Counted from the stretch's first letter, positions 19,401-28,842 are shown. The stretch: 64,000 nucleotides of DNA from Crocinitomicaceae bacterium (GCA_044347515.1 JBIKUO010000003.1:40558-104557); one strand, 5' to 3'. Program-made: numbers and translations. Notes: a model not told the origin generated them from the letters alone.

Positions 19401-20216
19401 ATATCTGGAATAAATGGCATCATATTCTGTATAAAATCCTGCAATACTTTCGCCTTTTTCCGCACCTTGCGTAGCCACATGCGACGAACAAAACCCAATG
19501 TCGTTAACATTTCCTGGCGGACTACCTAGCGTTTGGTCCTCTGTTACCCCGCCTCGAAATCCATAGGCACTTGCTGAAATTTTAGCATTAGCGTTAATTA
19601 ATAAATTGCCGTTTACCTCTACGGCGACTACGCCTCCCGTTGAACCATTCCATAAACTCGGAACAATCGACGTATTTGAATTCAAAGTAAGGTTTGCAAA
19701 CCGCGGAATTCGAACGATTTGTACATGTCCTGCGCTTGTATAGCTGTTCGTTAACGGGCACATCAAACTGATGGTATTGGCGCCAGAAATAGATTTTACC
19801 TCAGCCAGTTCGAATTTTCCTGCATTGTTATAGTTGGTGATCTCGCCCCACAACGGAATGTACTGATTCCAATCATTAATATGTCCTTGCGGTGTCGTAT
19901 ATGGACCCCAGAATTGGCCACCTGAATTTACAAATTCACTGGCTGGATAGGTATCCACATTTAAATTAACCCCTTGCATCTGAATAATCATTATTAAATC
20001 TCCAGGAGTCAAAACCCCTTGAAAAAAACCTCCAACCATGGTGTTTGATGCAACGGTTATTAAGGATTGTCCGGCAGTGGCATTGGCATTAAGTACGGTA
20101 TAACTATTTACTAAAGCATTCAAGGATGTTACGGTATACGAACCATCTTTTGCTCGTTGACCAAGGGATTGAAATGCAATAAAAATAAGAAGCAGGGGAA
20201 ATAGGAGTGGTTTCAT
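16413..20216 (-). CDS. Large T9SS-secreted surface protein: signal peptide, Gly-rich beta-helix-like N-terminal half, six SprB-type repeats, PKD-like domain, gliding-motility C-terminal sorting domain
   Basis: 1267 aa. There are six ~78-aa repeats with the pattern C-x4-GSITG...Y-x-W...G-x-Y-x-L-x-V-T-D-x-x-G-C. The C-terminus FPNVITPNGDLSNDYLEIE...ILNRWGNVVY matches the type B T9SS sorting domain. Confidence 0.85.
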   Translation of the reverse strand: MKPLLFPLLLIFIAFQSLGQRAKDGSYTVTSLNALVNSYTVLNANATAGQSLITVASNTMVGGFFQGVLTPGDLIMIIQMQGVNLNVDTYPASEFVNSGGQFWGPYTTPQGHINDWNQYIPLWGEITNYNNAGKFELAEVKSISGANTISLMCPLTNSYTSAGHVQIVRIPRFANLTLNSNTSIVPSLWNGSTGGVVAVEVNGNLLINANAKISASAYGFRGGVTEDQTLGSPPGNVNDIGFCSSHVATQGAEKGESIAGFYTEYDAIYSRYCKSAPANGGGGGNNHNAGGGGGCNVGNIAQTYTGKGVPNPLYNVNWNLEAAGMGGSISPGGGRGGYSGATVNQNENTVGPNNTTWGGDYRRKEGGLGGHPLTQDNTRIFAGGGGGAGDQNNAQGGNGGRGGGITYIKVYGSISGSGSIEANGANGVNANPNGQTAVQASTQKFGNDGAGGAGGGGSIYISNASAIPNTLTLQANGGNGGNQVISFGAFASSPTMEADGPGGGGGGGYISISSGTPIQQVNGGASGVTNSTFVPNFPPNGATGGAAGLTNTNASFYDIIAANDTICGNGSVTLSASTIGNPPAGNLTWYTTPFGNTIVATGNSYTTPSLNTTTTYYIGICPGSFRKPVTVVIGSAPLISGIPTITNATCLAPGSITGLTVNGGAQPYSYSWSNNGGNTLNLTNAPAGTYTLTVSDAAGCSTTSSPYTITGTSGPTVNTTAALITPQSCNGTMGSITGITTTGTNLTYSWSNNGGNALNPNGLASGSYTLTVTDANGCTAISSPLTVPFTQGPTIDSSQAVYAIEHCGQGDGGISGITATGAGIQYQWTPGNSTSVNLSNVAAGQYTLVVTDQNNCTDTLGPLTIQASTPPVIDTSSIQVLNELCGQNNGGISGITVSGGTAPLSYLWSNQQTTLNIPNGLAPGSYSLVVTDNEGCTDSITGITISSTGGPSIDTTQLLITPVGCAGEAGSISGITSNGNGIQYSWNNSVNTANNNNLTAGTYVLTITDANNCTSTLTVVVPQLNPVVIDESQVNLLNPTCLVDGSITGLSATGGTNNYTYTWQPGNINSLNLQNLTAGNYILTVTDANGCSDTSTLYTLVDPSYPNADFTFSPSDPDVGELITFTNSSSNYTIEQWNINGVIYNQSPWDSSFNVGVYPVQLTVTNAQGCQDTITYNVVVYDELTFPNVITPNGDLSNDYLEIEALKPNSELSILNRWGNVVYKSSNYQNDWNGKDQQGVDLKEGVYTVIFISSENKLSHFYVHLIR
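16917..18296 (-). repeat. Six tandem SprB-type protein repeats (~234 nt each) inside the adhesin gene
   Basis: Residues ~641-1100 form six units. Each has a conserved Cys, a G(S/G)I(T/S)G motif, an aromatic Y-x-W and a TVTDANGC-like end. Confidence 0.7.
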
Positions 20217-20262
20217 AGAATTAAGCGAGAAAGAGACGTTGCGGGCATAACATTAGTTGTAT

Positions 20263-21063
20263 CTATTCATGTGGAAATTTTAAATCAAGGTTGGTTAATC
20301 CATGCTCACAAAAATAATAACCAATTTCCTTTTTTCTCTCAAACATGGTGCGACTTTGAGTGATGTCCTCTTCACGTTCCGGTCGTTCATGAAATAAATG
20401 ATATTGAATCGCTTTCCAGCGTAAATTAGCGGAACGCATACCCATCAATGAGGCACGGTGTTCAATGTCCGTATCTTCACCATAGCCCGGGAGAATATAG
20501 TCCATGTCAAAACCATTTAGGGCAATTAGGTCCTGCTTATGCCAACCCATATTACATCCAAGGAGCCGTGCGGGCTTGTTAATTTGTAGAGGAGTACCAG
20601 GAAAATATATTCCTTCCTCCACGCGCTTTGTTTTATTAGCCAAAAGGCGCAATAAGTTGATTGAATTAATTCCTTCGTTGCGAATTCGATCAGAACTTAA
20701 AGCATCTAAATCCAATCGACGACCGGCAGTGTATGTGCCTATGTTAATGTACGCTTGATGAGCCGCAATAAATGCCGGGTGTAGAATACAATCTCCATCG
20801 ATAAACACTAACTTATCACAGGTTGCAAGAAGGATTGCTTTATTCAAAATACGATTCTTATTAAAACCGGTATCCTCCTGATTAATGTATGTGATATTCA
20901 GTTTTGACTTAAATCGATCCATAGTAACATGAATCGAGTCGTCTATTGCATCGTGTGCAATGATGAGTTGTTTTGGAATCTGAGATTGCTTACACACAGA
21001 ATCCAATACACGTTCAAGTGCATTATAATCTTTATAAACGGTAATAATCAGTGTGACAGGCAT
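20263..21063 (-). CDS. Glycosyltransferase family 2
   Basis: MPVTLIITVYKDYNALERVLDSV is a GT-A N-terminus and FIDGDC is a DXD motif. Start taken at the internal ATG (residue 7). Confidence 0.75.
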   Translation of the reverse strand: MPVTLIITVYKDYNALERVLDSVCKQSQIPKQLIIAHDAIDDSIHVTMDRFKSKLNITYINQEDTGFNKNRILNKAILLATCDKLVFIDGDCILHPAFIAAHQAYINIGTYTAGRRLDLDALSSDRIRNEGINSINLLRLLANKTKRVEEGIYFPGTPLQINKPARLLGCNMGWHKQDLIALNGFDMDYILPGYGEDTDIEHRASLMGMRSANLRWKAIQYHLFHERPEREEDITQSRTMFERKKEIGYYFCEHGLTNLDLKFPHE

Positions 21064-21081
21064 TCCTTCAAAAATAAGCAA

Positions 21082-21561
21082 TTAACCCATGAGTTGAAAT
21101 ACAATGTCAGCCACTGCTGGACATATATGCGCATTTTTATCGGTAATGTCGAGTACTTGGTGCATGTATTTCCTGTTGGTGTGTGGGTATTCACGGCATG
21201 CGAGTGGACGATGCTCATAAATGCTACATTCGTTATCCTCCCCAAGAAATGCACAGGGGCTCTTTTGCAGTACATAATCAGAATCTTCATCCATACGCAA
21301 GTAATCGCTAATGAATTTAGATTCTTTAATGCGAAGATGCTTCGCAATTCTTCGAATATCTGTGTCTCGAAAAATAGGGGAGGTTGTCTTGCAACAATTA
21401 GCACATTGTAAGCAATCTATTTTTTCAAAGGCACGTTCATGCGCCTCCCGAAAAATCGTATCAAGCTGTTTGTGTTTCCTTACTTTCTTCAAGAAAGACC
21501 TTATTTCCTTGTGGGATTCGGCGCTTTTGTTTAGTAATTTTTGATATTCAGGGTTGATCAT
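21082..21561 (-). CDS. YkgJ family cysteine-cluster protein (UPF0153)
   Basis: CLQCANCC cluster plus downstream conserved Cys residues (CAFLGEDNECSIYEHRPLACREYP). Confidence 0.75.
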   Translation of the reverse strand: MINPEYQKLLNKSAESHKEIRSFLKKVRKHKQLDTIFREAHERAFEKIDCLQCANCCKTTSPIFRDTDIRRIAKHLRIKESKFISDYLRMDEDSDYVLQKSPCAFLGEDNECSIYEHRPLACREYPHTNRKYMHQVLDITDKNAHICPAVADIVFQLMG

Positions 21562-21606
21562 ATCGACAGCGTTCGTGGGATGAGATTGTGTTGTTTGTAA
21601 AATTGC

Positions 21607-21915
21607 TTAATCCAAAAGATCGGTTTCCTTTAGATCCGAATTTTTAAGGTATTTACGTTCAAACCAAAAGGTGCCAAAGGGTATCAAGGACATAAGCCAT
21701 CCAACCACATAAAATTCAACCTTCTTTTTAAAGCGTATTCCTACGATCAATACCCAAAGACAATATGCTATGAAAAGCAGTCCATGGCTCATCCCAACGA
21801 TGTAATTCGGTAGGGGCCAATGCATAAGATATTTGATGGGCATGGTAATGCCAAAGGCGATGTAGGAAATTCCTTCCGAAATAGCCAAAATTCTAAGTAT
21901 AGATAACTGTTTCAT
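21607..21915 (-). CDS. Small integral membrane protein (DUF3817-like)
   Basis: 102 aa with 3-4 hydrophobic helices. Start overlaps the uvrB stop by 4 nt. Confidence 0.55.
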   Translation of the reverse strand: MKQLSILRILAISEGISYIAFGITMPIKYLMHWPLPNYIVGMSHGLLFIAYCLWVLIVGIRFKKKVEFYVVGWLMSLIPFGTFWFERKYLKNSDLKETDLLD

Positions 21916-23918
21916 ATAAATGAATCTTTTAATTTTTCCAATGCGATTATTTGATCTCGAATTGATGCCGCTAAGATAAAATCTAATTCCTTTGCAGCAC
22001 GTTGCATCTCTTTTTTAAGCTGTTTTATTGCTTTCTCAAGCTCTTGTAGGTTCTTATAATTGTGCTGCGATTCGTTGATGTTATCGATGCTTTTGGGCTG
22101 CTTGTAGTTATTCTCTTGTTTGGAACTGTTTTTTAGTCCCGAATCGATGGGCTTATTCAAAGGCTGGGGGGAAAGACCATGGGCTTCGTTGTATGCGATT
22201 TGAATGCTTCGCCGACGTTCTGTTTCTTCAATGGTCAAGCGCATTGAATCGGTCATCTTATCGGCATACATGATTACCCGACCATTCACGTTCCGTGCAG
22301 CACGGCCAACCGTTTGAACCAATGATTTCACATTCCTAAGGAACCCTTCTTTGTCGGCATCCAATATTGCAACCAACGACACTTCGGGTAAGTCGAGTCC
22401 TTCACGCAGTAAGTTAACCCCAACCAATACATCGAAGGTTCCTATGCGAAGCTCACGTAAAATTTCTACCCGGTCCAAGGTGTCAATGTCGCTGTGTATG
22501 TACTGGCAATTAACACCAACTTTCGTAAGGTATTTTTGCAGTTCTTCAGCCATTCGTTTGGTGAGCGTAGTAACTAAGGCACGTTCATTCAACGCAACAC
22601 GCGCTTGAATTTCTTCTATTAAGTTATCGATTTGAAAACGGCTTGGACGGACCTCAATGATGGGGTCGAGTAGGCCTGTTGGACGGATAACTTGTTCAAC
22701 CATGACGCCTTCCGATAGTTCAATTTCTAAGGCCGCCGGAGTAGCCGAAACAAATACACACTGGTTGAGCAGTCCTTCAAATTCTTCATATTTCAAAGGT
22801 CGATTATCGATTGCTGCTTGTAAGCGAAAACCATACTCCACCAAGTTTATTTTTCGTGCCCGGTCTCCTCCATACATTCCTTTTACTTGAGGCAAGGTCA
22901 CGTGGCTTTCGTCTACCATCATGAGGTAGTCTTCGGGGAAATAATCGAGTAAACAAAAGGGGCGATCGCCGGGTTGACGGTTGTCGAAATACCGGGAATA
23001 ATTCTCAATTCCTGAGCAATAACCGAGTTCTCGAATCATTTCAAGGTCATAGGAAACCCGTTCATACAAGCGATTTGCTTCTTCTAAGCGTCCATTCTTT
23101 TTGAATTGATCCACTTGAAACACGAGATCATCTTGAATCTGATGTATAGCTTGCAAGGTATTTTCAGGACTTGAAACAAACAGGTTGGCGGGATACAAGT
23201 TTAACTCGGTATGCGTTTCAAACACATGATTGGTTACTGGGTCAATGGATTGGATTCCTTCGATCTCATCACCGAAGAATAAAATTCTAACTACGTGATC
23301 TGCGTAGGCAAGATAAATATCTACGGTATCGCCTGTAACACGAAACATTCCTCGTTCAAAGACTTCTTCGCTGCGGGTGTATAAATTCTCAACCAATCGA
23401 TGCAGAAAGTTGTTTCTTGCAACCTCCATGCCCACATGGATGGGGAGAATGCTCTTCTTAAATTCGTTGGGGTTTCCGATTCCGTATATACAAGAAACCG
23501 ACGCGACAACGATGATGTCTCTACGGCCTGAAAGTAGGGCGGATGAAGCGGATAACCTGAGTTTTTCAATTTCATCATTAATCGAAAGGTCTTTTTCAAT
23601 GTAGGTGTTGGTAACGGGAATATAGGCTTCCGGTTGATAGTAGTCGTAATAAGAAACGAAGTATTCTACGGCATTATTAGGGAAAAACTGTTTGAATTCA
23701 GCATATAACTGGGCGGCTAAGGTCTTGTTGTGTGAAAGAATCAAGGTTGGTTTTTTCACTTGTTCAATCACATTGGCCATGGTAAAGGTTTTACCGCTAC
23801 CTGTTACTCCCAATAAGGTTTGAAATGTTATCCCTGCGTTTACTCCCTCAACCAATTGACGAATCGCCTCAGGTTGATCCCCGGTGGGTTGGTATGCAGA
23901 AACCAATTCAAAATCCAT
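21912..23918 (-). CDS. uvrB: Excinuclease ABC subunit B
   Basis: N-terminus FELVSAYQPTGDQPEAI, Walker A GVTGSGKT, helicase motifs, and a C-terminal UVR domain (AASIRDQIIAL). Confidence 0.95.
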   Translation of the reverse strand: MDFELVSAYQPTGDQPEAIRQLVEGVNAGITFQTLLGVTGSGKTFTMANVIEQVKKPTLILSHNKTLAAQLYAEFKQFFPNNAVEYFVSYYDYYQPEAYIPVTNTYIEKDLSINDEIEKLRLSASSALLSGRRDIIVVASVSCIYGIGNPNEFKKSILPIHVGMEVARNNFLHRLVENLYTRSEEVFERGMFRVTGDTVDIYLAYADHVVRILFFGDEIEGIQSIDPVTNHVFETHTELNLYPANLFVSSPENTLQAIHQIQDDLVFQVDQFKKNGRLEEANRLYERVSYDLEMIRELGYCSGIENYSRYFDNRQPGDRPFCLLDYFPEDYLMMVDESHVTLPQVKGMYGGDRARKINLVEYGFRLQAAIDNRPLKYEEFEGLLNQCVFVSATPAALEIELSEGVMVEQVIRPTGLLDPIIEVRPSRFQIDNLIEEIQARVALNERALVTTLTKRMAEELQKYLTKVGVNCQYIHSDIDTLDRVEILRELRIGTFDVLVGVNLLREGLDLPEVSLVAILDADKEGFLRNVKSLVQTVGRAARNVNGRVIMYADKMTDSMRLTIEETERRRSIQIAYNEAHGLSPQPLNKPIDSGLKNSSKQENNYKQPKSIDNINESQHNYKNLQELEKAIKQLKKEMQRAAKELDFILAASIRDQIIALEKLKDSFI

Positions 23919-23976
23919 GGCGTAAAGGTAGGGGAATTAAAAGCAAATAAGGTAAGTCTTATTCGGTTCTATGTCC

Positions 23977-24003
23977 AAAAAAAAAGAGGTCCGAAGACCT
24001 CTT
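23977..24003 (-). terminator. Rho-independent terminator downstream of rpsA
   Basis: Stem AAGAGGTC (23984..23991) pairs with GACCTCTT (23996..24003) across a 4-nt loop. The plus-strand A-run 23977..23985 is a U-run on the minus transcript. Confidence 0.8.
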
Positions 24004-24027
24004 TAAACTCGTTATATTGAATAAGGC

Positions 24028-25839
24028 TTATTCGCCTTTCTCCATTTTTTCTTTCAATCCTGCTAATGCATCTAAATCACCAAGGGTAGATTTCTCATTT
24101 CCTTTGTTGATTGCTTTAACTGCTTCATCAGTGTTTGAACCTGTGCTTGCTTTCTTAGCACCTTTTGCTGGTTTAGCCGCTAGTGCAGGAGCTTCTTGCG
24201 TATCATCAAACGTACGTGTGTGAGATAAAACAATTTTCTTAGCGTCCTTATTGAATTCAATCACAACGAAATCAAGGGTATCTTCCACTTTCGCGTTAGA
24301 ACCATCTGCCTTACGTAAATGCTTACTTGGACAAATTCCTTCAACACCATAAGGAAGAGAAACGATACCAGATTTGTCTTTCATTTCAGTAATTGTTCCT
24401 GAATGCGTTGAACCTTCAGCAAATGTTCCTTCGAACACATCCCATGGATTTTCTTCCAATTGTTTGTGACCTAGAGAAATTCTACGGTTTTCGCGATCGA
24501 TTTCCATTACAATTACATCTAGCATATCACCAACTTTACAGAATTCTGATGGATGCTTGATTTTCTTTTGCCATGATAAATCAGAAATATGAATTAATCC
24601 ATCAACACCTTCTTCAAGTTCAACAAATACACCAAAGTTGGTGAAGTTTCGAACTTTAGCAGTGTGTTTAGAATCAACACCATATTTGCTTTCGATTTCA
24701 CTCCATGGATCTGTCATCAATTGTTTGATTCCAAGACTCATTTTGCGCTCATCTCTATCAAGTGTTAAAATAACTGCCTCAACAGTATCTCCAATTTTCA
24801 TGAAATCTTGTGCACTACGTAAGTGTTGAGACCAAGACATTTCTGAAACGTGAATTAAACCTTCAACACCCGCTGCGATTTCAATAAACGCACCGTAGTC
24901 GGCCATAACCACCACTTTACCAGAAACTTTATCACCAACATTTAAGTTCACGTCAAGTGAATCCCATGGATGTGGTTGAAGTTGTTTCAATCCTAATGCA
25001 ATTCGTTTTTTATCATCATCAAAATCAAGGATTACTACGTTGATTTTTTGGTCAAGCTCTAGTAATTCTTCTGGATGGTTCACGCGACCCCAAGAGAGGT
25101 CTGTAATGTGAATTAATCCGTCTACACCACCAAGGTCGATGAATACTCCGTATGAAGTGATGTTTTTAACAACACCTTCCAATACTTGTCCTTTTTCAAG
25201 ACCAGAGATGATTTGTTTTTTCTGTTCTTCAATTTCAGCTTCAATAAGCGCTTTATGAGAAACAACAACATTTCTAAATTCTTCGTTGATTTTCACCACC
25301 TTGAATTCCATGTTCTTACCAACATATACATCGTAATCACGGATTGGCTTCACATCGATCTGAGAACCAGGTAAGAATGCCTCAATTCCAAATACGTCTA
25401 CGATTAAACCACCTTTGGTACGACATTTAACATATCCAGTAATGATTTCTCCACTGCGTAATACGTCATTCACACGAATCCATGCACTGTGCATACGCGC
25501 TGTGCGGTGAGAAACGATCAACTGACCAGTTTTGTCTTCTTGTACTTCAACGTATACATCAACTGTGTCGCCAACTTTTAAGTCCGGATTGTAACGGAAC
25601 TCATTCGCTGCAACAACACCTTCTGATTTGTATCCGATGTTTACGATTACTTCTTTCTTAGTAATCATTTCAACAGTACCTTGAATCACTTCTTTCTCAT
25701 TGATTGAAGTTAAGGTTTTCTCGTACTTGTCTGATAACTCAGAACGTTGAATTTGGGTATATCCGTCTAGGGATAACGCTTCCCAATCGAAATCTGCACT
25801 TCCGTGCGACGCGATTTCTTTTTTGTTTGATTTTGCCAT
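24028..25839 (-). CDS. rpsA: 30S ribosomal protein S1
   Basis: 603 aa with six repeated S1 OB-fold motifs (G-x-V...GAFV/GVFI...GL(I/V)H(I/V)S). Confidence 0.95.
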   Translation of the reverse strand: MAKSNKKEIASHGSADFDWEALSLDGYTQIQRSELSDKYEKTLTSINEKEVIQGTVEMITKKEVIVNIGYKSEGVVAANEFRYNPDLKVGDTVDVYVEVQEDKTGQLIVSHRTARMHSAWIRVNDVLRSGEIITGYVKCRTKGGLIVDVFGIEAFLPGSQIDVKPIRDYDVYVGKNMEFKVVKINEEFRNVVVSHKALIEAEIEEQKKQIISGLEKGQVLEGVVKNITSYGVFIDLGGVDGLIHITDLSWGRVNHPEELLELDQKINVVILDFDDDKKRIALGLKQLQPHPWDSLDVNLNVGDKVSGKVVVMADYGAFIEIAAGVEGLIHVSEMSWSQHLRSAQDFMKIGDTVEAVILTLDRDERKMSLGIKQLMTDPWSEIESKYGVDSKHTAKVRNFTNFGVFVELEEGVDGLIHISDLSWQKKIKHPSEFCKVGDMLDVIVMEIDRENRRISLGHKQLEENPWDVFEGTFAEGSTHSGTITEMKDKSGIVSLPYGVEGICPSKHLRKADGSNAKVEDTLDFVVIEFNKDAKKIVLSHTRTFDDTQEAPALAAKPAKGAKKASTGSNTDEAVKAINKGNEKSTLGDLDALAGLKEKMEKGE

Positions 25840-25931
25840 GTGGCTGTAAATGTTTGTATTTCAATGTGTTCGGCCATTGAAAGGGTTAAATAATTGATCG
25901 GATTCCGAACGTCGACCGTATTTCAAGGGTG

Positions 25932-25939
25932 CAAAGTTA
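25932..25939 (-). promoter_or_regulatory. Bacteroidota -7 promoter box (TAACTTTG) for rpsA, ~90-nt leader
   Basis: Exact match to the TAnnTTTG consensus on the minus strand, 92 nt upstream of the rpsA ATG. Confidence 0.45.
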
Positions 25940-25970
25940 CACTTAAAATCTAAGATTTACGCATCTGCGC

Positions 25971-26555
25971 TTAATTTTCGTTCGGATTTTTTGGGAAATT
26001 GGCGATCATTTTGAATTTTGATCCCTGAAGTTCCATGCAGGCTTTCCACAGGGTTTTATGGTTTTCTTCAAACACGAAACTCAAAGGTATGTTGTTCGCA
26101 GCGATCCAACTGTGTTCTTTAATTTCTTCCTCAAGTTGATTTTCATCCCATCCACTATATCCAACGAAAAATTTAAGCTGAATGGAATCGTACCCGTTTG
26201 CATCTAAATATTCTACGAGTGAATCAAAGTCCCCACTGAAATAAATCCCTTGACCACAAGGCAAGGAATTTGCAATGGTTTCTCCCAGGTTGTGAAGAAA
26301 AAAGAGTTGGTTTTTTGCAACGGGTCCACCGATAAATAAGGCATGATCTTTTAAGTCTTGGCGCTCAATAATGTCATGTAGATTTAAGGCCAAGGGGTTG
26401 TTAAGCACAAATCCAAAGGTTCCTTCCGCATCATGCTGACATAAATACACTACCGACCGCTCAAAAAATGGATCGCCTTGAAACGGATCGGATAATAAAA
26501 AGCCTCCTGCCATGGGCTCTTCACTGTTTTCAAATAATAAGCTTGTCTTTTTCAC
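25971..26555 (-). CDS. YqgE/AlgH family protein (UPF0301)
   Basis: GGFLLSDPFQGDPFFERSVVYLCQHDAEGTFGFVLN and the GYSGW motif are typical of AlgH/YqgE. Confidence 0.8.
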   Translation of the reverse strand: MKKTSLLFENSEEPMAGGFLLSDPFQGDPFFERSVVYLCQHDAEGTFGFVLNNPLALNLHDIIERQDLKDHALFIGGPVAKNQLFFLHNLGETIANSLPCGQGIYFSGDFDSLVEYLDANGYDSIQLKFFVGYSGWDENQLEEEIKEHSWIAANNIPLSFVFEENHKTLWKACMELQGSKFKMIANFPKNPNEN

Positions 26556-26586
26556 TGATTTTTAGCGCCACAAAGATAAGGTTTTC

Positions 26587-26594
26587 TACTTTTG
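26587..26594 (+). promoter_or_regulatory. Bacteroidota -7 promoter box (TACTTTTG), 5 nt before ATG 26600
   Basis: Exact TAnnTTTG match. Supports the internal start of the Ppx/GppA gene. Confidence 0.45.
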
Positions 26595-26599
26595 TATTT

Positions 26600-27475
26600 A
26601 TGAAACTTGGTGCAATCGATGTAGGATCTAATGCGATGCGTGTTTTGGTGGGAGAAGTCACCAAGCCCGTTGGAATATGGCATTATTCAAAAGTAGCGTA
26701 CTTACGACTGCCAGTTCGCTTGGGTGAGGAGGTGTTTGAAAAAGGAAAAATTTCCGATGAGAAAATCGAGAAATTCATTGAGGGAATGCGCATTTTTAAG
26801 AATTACCTGGATTTTTACGGCGTATCAGATTATCGTGCTGTGGCGACTTCAGCCATGCGAGATAGTTCCAACGCAAAGAAAATTATTCAACGCGTAAAGA
26901 AAGAAACTGGAATCACACTGGAAGTGATTACAGGTAAGGAAGAGGCGGAATTAGTTTATCTTACCTTTCAGTTAATTCCCGACCTGAAAATGAACTACGT
27001 CCTGATTGATGTTGGTGGGGGTAGTACGGAAATCACCTTGTTTCAAGACAATAAAGTGCATGCAGCGAAGTCCTTTCAAATTGGCAGTGTTCGACTCTTA
27101 AAAAATAAAGTTTCCAAAAAATCTTGGGATGAAGTGCATGAATGGTTGGCATCGGAAATATTGCCGTTCAAGCCAGCCCGTGTATTTGGATCCGGAGGAA
27201 CCATCAATAGCGTGCATAAAGTCCTTGGAAAGCAAGATAAAACGCCGGTTGAATTGTCTGAAATGATAACACTTCGAGCACAATTGGAGCCGCTTAGCAT
27301 CGACGAACGAATTTATCAATTCAAGATTAAACCAGACCGTGCAGATGTTATTGGTCCTGCCATGGAAATCTATATCAACATGATGCAATCCCTAGAGTTG
27401 GAACAAATATATGTGCCGAAAATGGGCTTATCCGATGGAATGATGTTAGATTTATACCGAGAAAAAACACTATGA
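26600..27475 (+). CDS. Ppx/GppA family phosphatase (short form)
   Basis: ATG 26600 gives MKLGAIDVGSNAMRVLV, followed by DVGGGSTE (ASKHA phosphate motifs). A TACTTTTG box lies at 26587..26594. Confidence 0.8.
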   Translation: MKLGAIDVGSNAMRVLVGEVTKPVGIWHYSKVAYLRLPVRLGEEVFEKGKISDEKIEKFIEGMRIFKNYLDFYGVSDYRAVATSAMRDSSNAKKIIQRVKKETGITLEVITGKEEAELVYLTFQLIPDLKMNYVLIDVGGGSTEITLFQDNKVHAAKSFQIGSVRLLKNKVSKKSWDEVHEWLASEILPFKPARVFGSGGTINSVHKVLGKQDKTPVELSEMITLRAQLEPLSIDERIYQFKIKPDRADVIGPAMEIYINMMQSLELEQIYVPKMGLSDGMMLDLYREKTL

Positions 27476-28842
27476 GTCAAAAACCAGCAATTCCAAAAGG
27501 TACACGAGATTTCCTGCCGAATGATGTACTTAAACGTAAGTTGATTTTCTCGACCATTGCAGATGCCTTTCATCGCTTTGGTTTCCAACCCATTGAAACT
27601 CCCAGCTTCGAATTGTCAACTACCTTAATGGGGAAATACGGCGATGAAGGAGATCGTTTGATTTTTCGCATCCTAAATTCTGGGGAAAAAGTACGCAAAG
27701 CAGATTTAGATGCCTTAGCTTCAGATAACCTGCCTCGGTTTGCGAATTCACTGTCGGAAAAAGCCTTGCGCTACGACCTTACCGTACCCTTTGCGCGCTT
27801 TGTAGTTCAGCATCAAAACGAACTTAGTTTTCCCTTCAAGCGGTATCAAATTCAGCCAGTGTGGAGAGCCGATCGTCCGCAACATGGACGTTATCAAGAG
27901 TTTTATCAATGCGATGGGGATGTGGTGGGAAGCGACTCCTTACGCAATGAAGTGGAACTTATTCAAGTGATTGATCAAGTGTTGAGCACCCTGAATTTAC
28001 CCGGATTTACCGTTAAACTGAACAATCGAAAGGTGCTGAGTGGAATCGCAGAAGTTTGCAATGCTTCAGACCAATTGATTCAACTTACCGTAGCGTTAGA
28101 TAAGTTGGATAAAATCGGTGAAGACGGAGTTATTAAAGAGTTAATGGACAAAGGATTCGATTCGTCCTTGGTTGATTCAATAAAACCGTTGTTTCAATTA
28201 AAGGGTTCCTTTGAAGAGCGAATTTCTTTTCTCTCTGCGTTCCTTTCGCAAAGCGAAATCGGCATGAAAGGCTTGGAGGAGTTGAGCTATATTCACAGTA
28301 AGTTCAAAGATAATCCCTTGAAAAAAGGACAATTAGAATTAGACGTTACTTTAGCGCGTGGCTTGAACTATTACACTGGAGCGATTATTGAAGTGAAAGC
28401 GCATGAGGTAGAGATGGGTAGTATTTGCGGTGGTGGAAGATACGATGATTTAACAGGACTGTTTGGTGTTAAAGGCTTATCAGGCGTGGGAATTTCATTT
28501 GGAGCTGATCGCATTTATGACATTATGGAAACCCTCGGCTTGTTCCCTGCTGATTTAAGCAGTGGACCAGACGTATTGTTTTTGAATTTTTCGGAGGAAG
28601 AGGCGGATCAATGTGCCATTTGGGCAAATGCCTTAAGAGATTTGGGTAAGGTTGCGGAGGTTTATCCTTCGCAAGCCAAGTTGCAAAAACAACTCAAATA
28701 TGCCAATGATAAGGGAGTGAAGTGGGTGTTATTTTACGGAGAAGAGGAACGTCAAAAAGGAATCGTAATTCTTAAGCAAATGGAGTCAGGCGAGCAGTAT
28801 GCTTATTCGGCTAGCGCTTGGTTGTCTTCATGGGCGGGATAA
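27472..28842 (+). CDS. hisS: Histidine--tRNA ligase
   Basis: PKGTRDFLP N-terminus, class II motifs (YQIQPVWRADRPQHGRYQEFYQCD, GGGRYD) and an anticodon-binding C-terminus. ATGA overlap with the upstream gene. Confidence 0.93.
   Translation: MSQKPAIPKGTRDFLPNDVLKRKLIFSTIADAFHRFGFQPIETPSFELSTTLMGKYGDEGDRLIFRILNSGEKVRKADLDALASDNLPRFANSLSEKALRYDLTVPFARFVVQHQNELSFPFKRYQIQPVWRADRPQHGRYQEFYQCDGDVVGSDSLRNEVELIQVIDQVLSTLNLPGFTVKLNNRKVLSGIAEVCNASDQLIQLTVALDKLDKIGEDGVIKELMDKGFDSSLVDSIKPLFQLKGSFEERISFLSAFLSQSEIGMKGLEELSYIHSKFKDNPLKKGQLELDVTLARGLNYYTGAIIEVKAHEVEMGSICGGGRYDDLTGLFGVKGLSGVGISFGADRIYDIMETLGLFPADLSSGPDVLFLNFSEEEADQCAIWANALRDLGKVAEVYPSQAKLQKQLKYANDKGVKWVLFYGEEERQKGIVILKQMESGEQYAYSASAWLSSWAG

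Noticed and set aside
20929-21411. 160-aa plus-strand and 118-aa minus-strand ORFs overlapping the GT2 and YkgJ genes
   Set aside because: They are alternative frames of confidently assigned genes, with no motifs and odd Cys/Phe-rich composition.
24017-24223. 68-aa plus-strand ORF next to the rpsA terminator
   Set aside because: It lies antisense to the well-supported 3-prime end of rpsA. Its composition is Ala/Ser-rich, typical of shadow ORFs.
28803-28842. 40-nt convergent overlap of the hisS and metallophosphoesterase 3-prime ends
   Set aside because: It is probably just non-conserved C-terminal extensions of both ORFs. There is no structure or motif in the overlap that suggests regulation.
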